Below, in pieces: positions 28,301-35,586 of a stretch of 64,000 bases of DNA; the stretch's first letter is position 1, and every line of letters starts with the position of its first letter. The DNA lies in contig JADFXT010000001.1 of NCBI GenBank assembly GCA_015233405.1, positions 169,386-233,385 on the forward strand, in the 5' to 3' direction. Position numbers and translations under genes: made by a program. The notes beneath the pieces were generated by a model, which was not told the DNA's origin, ran no database searches, and saw only the letters and a list, made by a program, of their open reading frames with translations. The stretch comes from Candidatus Omnitrophota bacterium (GTDB lineage Bacteria > Omnitrophota > Gorgyraeia > Zapsychrales > Zapsychraceae).

Positions 28301-31300
28301 TATCTCAAAAGATAAGAAGATCTTTTCCTCTCAAATAAGAAGTCTTATTCCTTATTGCGATTTAAATACCTTGATGGATTTGTTGTTGATCGATAAGTCC
28401 TCGATCAAAGATCCTGAATCTTTTCGCCCAGCTTTATATTATCAGATCGCGGATAGAATTTTATCTGAACTGCAAGCTAATCCGAATCTCGTCGGCAAAG
28501 AAGCCCAATGGGCAAAGTTTAGGAGTAATTATAAAAAAGCTATTGCTGGCATGGAAGGCATAGAACAATATTCTCCCCAAGTGATGGACATCGTCTATAA
28601 GAGCATCGATTTGATGGGGACTGAAAAATTGGCGGCTGTTAGTAAAGAAGTGGAGAATGAATTTCATGTCCCTCCGATGAGAATGCTTTTTTATAATTCT
28701 ATGCCTCGAGCGGTTACCTGGCTTGTCGATGCCTATCAAGAAGTAACCCAGGCAAGTCCGAATAATAAACTTGATTTTAATTTCTTTTATGCCACGGCGC
28801 TTGTGGAAGGTTGGCCTTTAGTTGGGCGGACCGTGATGGAGGGTGCTCAATATTTGGATGTTACAACTACTCAGCCTATGGGGTTAGACAGATTCCCGAG
28901 CGTTATGGATAAGTTGATAAAGGAAAAGAAATTACCAGGAGGAGAAAATTTTAGAAAAAGAATCAATCTTTATAATCACCGCTATCACGGAAGATATCAA
29001 TATGGACAATTTAGAGATGTGACAAGCGCCCTTGATGCTCTTGGCGCGATGATCCTGGAAGATGAGGAGTATTTCCGGCAAGAATTGACCGCAAGAGGTA
29101 TAAATCCAAGTGGTGTGAATGTAGATGCCTTTAGGGTCGGGACCTATCTTCATTTCTGTACGCCTGGGGATCTTTTTAAACAGTACTTTGAAAAATATGC
29201 TCACAACCAAGAAACCGGACGTTATGATCCTCAAGGACTTATCGGCAAAAGAGGAAAAGGTAAAGGAAAACCTGAAGGGCAAGGCGAATTCGGTAATGGT
29301 ATTTACAACGCTCAGTACCTTGGTGCCACAGCTAAGCTGCTAGATTTGTTGTTCCCTCAGATGAACGTTTTACTTAAAACGTCCACCGTCAAACCATCAG
29401 CGAAACAAGAGAATCGTCAGACGTCGCGGTTGCCTTCTTCCGTACAAAATCCAAATAAAGTTTTTTATGAAGCCATTCATAAAAGAAAAGCGGATTTAAA
29501 TGTTGCTTTAAGAAAAGTTTTTGCGGCCAGCGGAGATGTTTTGATTGGACGGTTTACCGGCGGACGGATTTTTAATGAACAAGAAAAAGCCCGCGCCGAA
29601 GCTGCGAATAAAGCGGTCAATATCATTATGGCGGAACAGGCGCATTTGACAAGCTTGTTAAATCGTGCGCTGGATCATTTTGTCGGGAGGAATACAGAGG
29701 CAATACAAAAGCAGAAAGAGGAACTATTTTTTAATAATGTGGCTCGTCTTGTTTCACAACAAAATGGCAGCGCGGACGCGGCGATGACGGTCAGATTTAT
29801 CCGGCCCATCTTGCCGATAGTTTTCTCTGGTTTAATTGCTCTTTTGTCCAATTGTTCACCCGTCTATTTGAACGAAAATCCGATCAATCCTATTCCCACA
29901 TCTGTCGGCGAGCAATCTCCGCAGGAAAGGATTAATTCTTTAGTCCAGGTTGTTCTTAATACTTCAAACACTGTAGATGAACGCGTTAAAGCGTTTGATT
30001 CTTTAAAAAGCCTAAGGGCTGTTGATGCGTTAATTCAGTTATCGATGAGCGAAAAAGCGACTGTCAGCGCACCGGCAACTTACCGGTTGGCGGATCTCAA
30101 CGACTCGACGGCATTTGACAAGGTGCTCAAGATATTTATCAATGGAAAATCGCAGGAGCGGGATAAGACAATTTTTGTTTTAAGCGTGCTTAGCGATAAT
30201 TTGGAGAGAGGACATCCCTATAAATATCTTTTTACATGCCTTCGCGATAGAAGCGATGAACTTGAAAATAAAACATTGTCAGCCCAGGACATGTATTTAG
30301 TTTACAGCAACCACGAGTTTCAACGTTTGACGAATGGGATGGAAGAGAATGATCAATTTAGTGTAGCGCGGGGAATAGAAAATATCCTTGTTCGTTTTCA
30401 TAAGAATATTAACGACCAGAATATTACACTCGCTGCTCCTGATATGGTCGAGGCGTGGCAGACCGAAGGCCATAATTTGGCGCTCGATGGGAACACACAA
30501 GTGATCGCCAGTTTTCACAAAGAGTTCGATAGCGAAAAAGTGAGTTTCGTTGAGCTCATGCGTCCATTCGGCATTATTCTTAAGGAGAATTCGCCGCAAT
30601 TCAGATTATTCTCAGGAAGCAATAATCCTTTCACGCTTTATAAGACGAGAAAAGGCCTTTGGCAAGCGATAGAGAATTCCAAAGGCCAGACATTGTTATT
30701 CTTTGAGCATCATGGCGACGGATTGCATCTCGCTTCTTCAAGTTATCCTACCTTTGGTATGGGGATGTTAAGTTATGACAAATTAGCCAGGAGTTTAAGC
30801 CAACGGGCACGGAAAACCGGAGGAGATCTTTCGAAAGTTACGATTGTTATTAATGCGTGTTATTCGTCGGATTATTCGTTGGAGACGCTCAATGCGCTCT
30901 ACGATGATATCGCTAAACTTTCTCGTGTTCTTATGAATGATAAAGAAATCACAGGTTTCCCGACGATCGTAACTTCCACCAACAGAGGCATGTCAGGTTT
31001 CTCAACGTTAATGAGCATGCAAAAAGTTTTCGCGGGGAAACAAGAAATCCATGTGTCGGATTTTTATGATATCGCACGAGAAATGGCGGGACGGCATCAA
31101 TCCATGGGATTCTTTTTAAATATCCCTCGAGAAAAATTGGAACAATTAAGAAAGAAACTTGGAGCTCCGGATAAAAATGTTAATTATAAAAGCGGCGAAC
31201 AACTGAATCCAAATTTACCGATGTTAAATGCCCAATTATCTCCTAAGACATTCAATGATATTGCTCGTCAGGTTAGTCAAACCGGCAATCCAACTTTTGC

Positions 31301-33701
31301 TGTTGTCATGCCTGGACGCTCCGATGCGGCGATGATGACGGGCGGACAAGCCAAAAAATTCCAGGAATTTTTAGATGAATTATTTCAAAGAGAGAAAGAC
31401 CCGGACAAGGAACTTCTTAAAGCGGTTGTCTCCGGAGCAAAACCCGCGGAATTGGTAGGATATCCTAATTTAAATGCCTATGCATTGAACCTTTATAAGG
31501 AAATGCATAATGCGTTCGGTCTTGATTTTGTGATATCGCAAGAAAGAAATAATATATTGATTTATAACGTCGACGCTTTGAAAAATCGTTTAGTGGCAGC
31601 ACAATATTTATTAAATGATATTAAAGGCGGTGAAACGATTTCTGAGGAAATGCTTGAGACAGACTTGCATGATTTTCTGCAATCGACCTTAGACACGTTT
31701 AAGAGTGACCCTTCCGCTTATCACAAGGTCATCGGCATAGCGGTCGGATATCCGTTATCTAAAGTTTGGGGGTTTGACCCAAATCGTAGCATCACTAGCG
31801 TCGGTCTTCCCATGGCCAGTCAATATGCAGCGGGCGTAAGCGATAAATATGGCAAGGAATTTTTAAAGTGGTTAAAAGGCGGAGCATTGGACTTTCCTAT
31901 TAATGGTAAGGAAGATATTGTTTATTTTGAAGACCAGGCTGGCCATGTTTTTGATTTAGCTGTGATGCCACAGCATTCCCGCGTCGTCGTGGAAAAGGTC
32001 ATGGATGAGCCTATCGAATTTGATTTTGGCAACACCAAAGAGTCGACGATGGCGATAAAATTCAGAATGAAGTTTATCAATAATGAAACAGGCGACACTG
32101 TTGAGGAAAAAACAGTGTATTCCCGGGAAGATAAAACGGTTGTCACTTTAGATGATCAGGGCAAAGAGCTGTCGAGACGTACGACGAGTAATGATAATCA
32201 CAAAGTCAGGGTTGAGAATATTACACCAAGAGTTGTTAACCGCGCGGAGGAATATTTAGATTCGGTTTATGAGATTTTCAAACAAATTAGAAAATTCGAC
32301 TCTCTCGCCGGTGACAAGGCGATGATGAGCAAACCTACTGTCAAGACGATGAAAGGCACTTACGGCGGAGAATGGAAGCTTACCAATACAAATACAACCG
32401 AACTTTTGCCTTTGGAGCAGCGTCAGAAAATCAAGAAGGTCGTCTGGACTTTTTCGGGACGCCGCCTTTCTCGGCCATTGTTAGCAAATGCCATGCTGAT
32501 CCCTCAAATAGAACAATTATTCCCGAATGCACAAATAAATATTTACTGCAATCCTGAACAATATTTACTTAAGGCCATGGCTTATGGAAAGCGCGTACGT
32601 ATTATTAACAAGCTCGAACGACAACACATTACGCGGGATACTTTGGTCATTAATTCTGATTTTACATTTCATGAGGGAAGGTACCCGCATTCTGCCGGTG
32701 TCCTGTCAATGGTAACTACTAATGACATTATATTTAAGAAAGGGTCTGCAATCGCAGAGTATAATTTTGAAAAAGCATATTATGATCTCAAAGATTCTAA
32801 GCAGGGCCTATATTATCGTAGGGCTGCGGATGCCTTGCGGGCGTTAGGGCTTAAGGAGATCAAAGGCGACGAGCCTGTGGTTTTTGGACCGGATCAATTT
32901 AGCGACGAGCTTAAATCGAAAATAGCGGCGATACGACAGACCTATTTTGTTGGTAAACCGAAAGAATCCCCGGTTATTTTCTTTAATGCCGCGTGGGGGT
33001 CTGGGTTATCCCGTGGCGAAAGAGATATAAAGGATTGGCAACAATTAATCGGCAATGTTTTACAGAATACCGATGCGTACATCGTTATTAATAAAGGAGA
33101 TCCTACTTGGGTGTCCAGTCAACAGGGAAAAATGCCTATGCGGTTCCAAATTGATGACTTATATCAAAATTTACGTAAATGGTATCCGAAGCAAGCTCAT
33201 CGTTTGGTTGAGATACCATCTGAAGGCTTAGGCAAAGATCTTATTCGGCTGATGGCCGTCATGTCGTTGTCGGATGCCGTCATCACCGAAAATTCCGGTG
33301 TGACGCACTTGGCTGATTTTATGAATAAACCATGCGCGTCTTTCTTGAATCCTTGGTTTCTTAAGTATATGACCAAACGTGTTGATATTTTGGATGATGA
33401 TTTGCAAAAGGCGGATTTGCAAATCAAGGATTTCTTAAAGAAACAAAATATCAATTATCAACCAGAATCCGACGCGGCGATGAGTACGACGGCGCCCGGC
33501 GGTATTGATTTTAATCCGGATCGTTTGAAGCTCGAAAAGAAAGGCGTTCACAGCGATTTTGATTTGCCGACGGACGCCGGGGATCTTGATAAAATTCAGA
33601 TCAACGGTTTGGTTCCGGTTATTTTGCACATCACGCCTGTTACTAACTTGCCGGTTCTTTTAGGCGCGAATCAGAATAATGAAACAATAAAGCCGCTCTA
33701 A
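25305..33701 (+). CDS. giant modular secreted/membrane-associated protein (about 2,798 aa from ATG 25305)
   Basis: Uninterrupted 8.4-kb ORF. ATG 25305 has AGGGGG 8-14 nt upstream and yields a signal peptide MFRGQGTTRSNILKTISLIVLFIFIPQTLFAQ. The ORF-track start at 25158 translates the repeat element. Confidence 0.85.
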   Translation: MFRGQGTTRSNILKTISLIVLFIFIPQTLFAQISLSNLPTPGTMVATSASFVPPVLKGMKVDLKQPFQFDFILDTGNSNLKDDELKEESNKLIRYFLSSLTIPEKDLWVNLSPYEKNRIIPDEFGTTEMGRDLLAQDYILKQITASLMYPENETGKAFWQKVYKKAYDLYGTTDIPTDTFNKVWIVPDKAVVYENPSPKPGEATVFVVEARLKVMLEEDYFATSNTVGAGFPRPEDKGRGNRAPTAIIKEVIIPILEKEVNEGQNFAQLRQVYYSLILAKWYKDSLKESILNRKYSGQKKVMGVDLAGKEDKQKIYEQYLAAFKKGAFNYIKEEYDANSKTLIPRKYFSGGANMGKVPLAKTGDLAMTSRNQTGKLLEVAGRLIDPQKIVEKETRDVRALMTEEEKQYFQKVFPALNLEKALEVPPIETVRNAEELKRKRTDARAKNWENYLKNQKDLRTDILLLLADIKNGTIFTQRDFIDRLAGLNKILLTGKDGKTFYLAPTLSSFMSVKKLHADESNRQNQTLSELAGEYRSTSTKYGALLVKLFREIKNFTELKKDSNTLDVLKQIASIYEIAMEQFLFVSGNNSLFMNMANGLLRLYGFDGIAHYQLDMKLTARIFGKSIKRDFIKLVLKANPQMSLPAHWKSQVSSRKQTMKEIIEENQRFDRAMTVKNDARQDSTKLYKRISSRIPIVLRRGAVAVGLLGLALLPLSDNFQMRDLPPANLAKIALQGNKEALDILKNLADDQGNASAQKAIETLPIKTLADLTAQGNITAFRILLNRMRMNNLVAQNALKTLRVDLLVQRLNKGDRDAFFLLLDLGQDANNLNAQEAFNNIQPQKLAELISRDGNVGATDILENLALWKDDTGIVEILRTVKVQKLAEQAYQGKRDAFDVIAYLYQKYNNVSAKNVLSLFPVQRIVKSVVQGNMDAYLMLESLSAFKNLGTREILRNLNVQQLTERAYQGNKDAINILIMLDKDNQNPAAQKALKDMAVQLISKDKKIFSSQIRSLIPYCDLNTLMDLLLIDKSSIKDPESFRPALYYQIADRILSELQANPNLVGKEAQWAKFRSNYKKAIAGMEGIEQYSPQVMDIVYKSIDLMGTEKLAAVSKEVENEFHVPPMRMLFYNSMPRAVTWLVDAYQEVTQASPNNKLDFNFFYATALVEGWPLVGRTVMEGAQYLDVTTTQPMGLDRFPSVMDKLIKEKKLPGGENFRKRINLYNHRYHGRYQYGQFRDVTSALDALGAMILEDEEYFRQELTARGINPSGVNVDAFRVGTYLHFCTPGDLFKQYFEKYAHNQETGRYDPQGLIGKRGKGKGKPEGQGEFGNGIYNAQYLGATAKLLDLLFPQMNVLLKTSTVKPSAKQENRQTSRLPSSVQNPNKVFYEAIHKRKADLNVALRKVFAASGDVLIGRFTGGRIFNEQEKARAEAANKAVNIIMAEQAHLTSLLNRALDHFVGRNTEAIQKQKEELFFNNVARLVSQQNGSADAAMTVRFIRPILPIVFSGLIALLSNCSPVYLNENPINPIPTSVGEQSPQERINSLVQVVLNTSNTVDERVKAFDSLKSLRAVDALIQLSMSEKATVSAPATYRLADLNDSTAFDKVLKIFINGKSQERDKTIFVLSVLSDNLERGHPYKYLFTCLRDRSDELENKTLSAQDMYLVYSNHEFQRLTNGMEENDQFSVARGIENILVRFHKNINDQNITLAAPDMVEAWQTEGHNLALDGNTQVIASFHKEFDSEKVSFVELMRPFGIILKENSPQFRLFSGSNNPFTLYKTRKGLWQAIENSKGQTLLFFEHHGDGLHLASSSYPTFGMGMLSYDKLARSLSQRARKTGGDLSKVTIVINACYSSDYSLETLNALYDDIAKLSRVLMNDKEITGFPTIVTSTNRGMSGFSTLMSMQKVFAGKQEIHVSDFYDIAREMAGRHQSMGFFLNIPREKLEQLRKKLGAPDKNVNYKSGEQLNPNLPMLNAQLSPKTFNDIARQVSQTGNPTFAVVMPGRSDAAMMTGGQAKKFQEFLDELFQREKDPDKELLKAVVSGAKPAELVGYPNLNAYALNLYKEMHNAFGLDFVISQERNNILIYNVDALKNRLVAAQYLLNDIKGGETISEEMLETDLHDFLQSTLDTFKSDPSAYHKVIGIAVGYPLSKVWGFDPNRSITSVGLPMASQYAAGVSDKYGKEFLKWLKGGALDFPINGKEDIVYFEDQAGHVFDLAVMPQHSRVVVEKVMDEPIEFDFGNTKESTMAIKFRMKFINNETGDTVEEKTVYSREDKTVVTLDDQGKELSRRTTSNDNHKVRVENITPRVVNRAEEYLDSVYEIFKQIRKFDSLAGDKAMMSKPTVKTMKGTYGGEWKLTNTNTTELLPLEQRQKIKKVVWTFSGRRLSRPLLANAMLIPQIEQLFPNAQINIYCNPEQYLLKAMAYGKRVRIINKLERQHITRDTLVINSDFTFHEGRYPHSAGVLSMVTTNDIIFKKGSAIAEYNFEKAYYDLKDSKQGLYYRRAADALRALGLKEIKGDEPVVFGPDQFSDELKSKIAAIRQTYFVGKPKESPVIFFNAAWGSGLSRGERDIKDWQQLIGNVLQNTDAYIVINKGDPTWVSSQQGKMPMRFQIDDLYQNLRKWYPKQAHRLVEIPSEGLGKDLIRLMAVMSLSDAVITENSGVTHLADFMNKPCASFLNPWFLKYMTKRVDILDDDLQKADLQIKDFLKKQNINYQPESDAAMSTTAPGGIDFNPDRLKLEKKGVHSDFDLPTDAGDLDKIQINGLVPVILHITPVTNLPVLLGANQNNETIKPL
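25983..26038. repeat. GC-rich compound palindrome embedded in-frame in the giant ORF
   Basis: GTAGGGGCGGGGTTTCCCCGCCCTGAGGATAAAGGGCGCGGGAACCGCGCCCCTAC. The outer ends GTAGGGGCG/CGCCCCTAC are reverse complements, with two inner hairpins. Confidence 0.75.
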
Positions 33702-33807
33702 GATTTTAGTAAAGGATTTCGCAGAGAATAACGTTTATGTCTGTTGCTCTTTCTAAGGGGCTGTGATATATTTTACAGTAAGGATACATCATAAAAAGGA
33801 ATTCATT

Positions 33808-34005
33808 ATGTTAAAGCGTCATTTAAAAGGTCAAAGCATTACCGAGTATGTCTTGATTTTTGCGGCTGTTTCTATCGTCATTCTAATGGCCTTGGCGCCG
33901 AAACACGGGTTTGTCACTAAAGCCATTGATAACTCTCTGAACATATCGGTTTCAGCCATAGAAAATATGGTTCAAACCGTGAAGTATAATATTGATCTTC
34001 AATGA
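33808..34005 (+). CDS. Flp/Fap-type (type IVb) pilin-like protein
   Basis: MLKRHLKG|QSITEYVLIFAAVSIV fits the Flp prepilin G/xxxxEY motif followed by a hydrophobic helix. There is an AAAAAGGA RBS 7 nt upstream. Confidence 0.55.
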   Translation: MLKRHLKGQSITEYVLIFAAVSIVILMALAPKHGFVTKAIDNSLNISVSAIENMVQTVKYNIDLQ

Positions 34006-34439
34006 GTCCATCCTTAAAAACCACCCTCGAAGAGAAAAATTTAATCAGACGATATCTTATCTGGTGTTATAAGACGACCAAGGAATCTTTAGATAGGATT
34101 GACCGTTATTATACGCAGCTTAAGGCCGATGATTTTATCCTTAAGGAATTAAAGGCCGGCCAGGATTTTAAAAAAGAAGAAAGCAATCCAGCCTATAAAA
34201 CCCTTGTCAAAGGTTTTGAAGATTATATGGCCCAGAAGAAAATAAATGTCGACCAGAAAAAATATTCAGAGTGCGATTTAAAAAACTTGCATCCGGATTA
34301 TCTATATCTTAAGAACCGTTGTTCTGCCATTCAGAACGCCATTGTTCATTTCTTGGGCAAGAAAGAATTAAAGGCCATTCAACAGCTTTATGAACAGGAA
34401 ATGACTCAGCGCATTCTTCAATCCAGAGAACATACTTAA
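34002..34439 (+). CDS. hypothetical helical protein, ATGA-coupled to the pilin-like gene
   Basis: 145-aa ORF with a 4-nt overlap. No recognised motif. Confidence 0.55.
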   Translation: MSPSLKTTLEEKNLIRRYLIWCYKTTKESLDRIDRYYTQLKADDFILKELKAGQDFKKEESNPAYKTLVKGFEDYMAQKKINVDQKKYSECDLKNLHPDYLYLKNRCSAIQNAIVHFLGKKELKAIQQLYEQEMTQRILQSREHT

Positions 34440-34476
34440 TTTTATTTTATAGAGAAATAGAGTGAAACGGGCGAGA

Positions 34477-34734
34477 TTATTTGTGACGCATATCGCGGAT
34501 TCTTTGTTTCTGGGCTTCCATCATGTTTTTACGCTGTTGTTCAATATCATCCATCATCTGCTTTTGTTGTCTGGCTTTGAGTGTAGAATCGATATTGACT
34601 TTCGGCGGTGGAGTTTTGATCAGGCTTTTGAGCCCTTTCATAGCGCCTAAGAATAGGACGCAGGCAATGATGACGCCTGAAATGATGAGGATTGGGAATT
34701 CGTTATCTGCTGCTCCGGAAGTATATTTTTTCAT
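34477..34734 (-). CDS. small single-pass membrane protein with basic/Gln-rich tail
   Basis: ORF taken from MKKYTSGAADNEFPILIISGVIIACVLFLG... The longer ORF-track start is unlikely. Confidence 0.45.
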   Translation of the reverse strand: MKKYTSGAADNEFPILIISGVIIACVLFLGAMKGLKSLIKTPPPKVNIDSTLKARQQKQMMDDIEQQRKNMMEAQKQRIRDMRHK

Positions 34735-34811
34735 AACACAGTAATTATAGAATAAAAAAAACAGTTGAGCAAATTTTTCCTTAAGAAATTTAAGAAAGAT
34801 CACATCGCAAA

Positions 34812-35465
34812 ATGTCTCGGATCATAAAGAATTTAGAAAAATATTTCCTTCTTGTTGTTTTAGGGGTCTGTTTGATGAATAGCAGGCTATTGGCACAAGA
34901 GGCTGTTTCTCCCAAGGTCCAGGATGCCAAACGTCCGACGCCAAAAGTGGAATGGGTCACGCTTCCGATAGAAGTCCCTGTCGAGCGGTATTCGGATTCG
35001 GTCGTGATTATCCCACCATCAACCAAAGCAAAAATTCGAGAGGCATTTAGAAAAGAATTTGAGGCTAAAACAGTCGAGATATTTGTTAAAGGTGAAAAAT
35101 ATAAGTCTATCAGGGAATATCGGGATAAAAATAAAGACGATGTTTCTTTTGAACCGATTGCAAAGGAACCAGATGCAGGTCAGGGAATAAAAACGGCAGA
35201 AGAGGACCTATTAAAGGGAAAACTCGCTCAAAAGCCGTCCCGTCCTCTTAAGGACATTGTGGAAGAGGAATTAGACCGGTTCAGTCCGCCAGAGCATTCT
35301 TCCCAAGCGGTGGCTAGCCAAGGAGAAGCTGGGAACCCTCAAGAGTTGGAGAACATGATGGCGTCTTATTTAGAAGAACATAAGCATGCCCGTCCAGTGG
35401 CGATTGACCCTACGAAAGTCAAGACCATTCTCATCAACTCGAAGAATCCGCAAAAGAATCCGTAG
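34812..35465 (+). CDS. secreted hypothetical protein
   Basis: Signal peptide ...SRLLAQE. No recognised domain. Confidence 0.55.
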   Translation: MSRIIKNLEKYFLLVVLGVCLMNSRLLAQEAVSPKVQDAKRPTPKVEWVTLPIEVPVERYSDSVVIIPPSTKAKIREAFRKEFEAKTVEIFVKGEKYKSIREYRDKNKDDVSFEPIAKEPDAGQGIKTAEEDLLKGKLAQKPSRPLKDIVEEELDRFSPPEHSSQAVASQGEAGNPQELENMMASYLEEHKHARPVAIDPTKVKTILINSKNPQKNP

Positions 35466-35496
35466 AAAGTTTTTTACCTTTCCCGTTTTATTAAAC

Positions 35497-35525
35497 TTGA
35501 CTATTACAAAGGGCGATAGTATAAT
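35497..35525 (+). promoter_or_regulatory. sigma70-like promoter for rpsO-pnp (TTGACT, 17 nt spacer, TATAAT)
   Basis: ttgact at 35497-35502 and tataat at 35520-35525. Confidence 0.5.
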
Positions 35526-35586
35526 GCCCACTCAATAAATAAAATAATCATTAATATCTATAAAAAGTAAATATAAGGAGGCTGCG

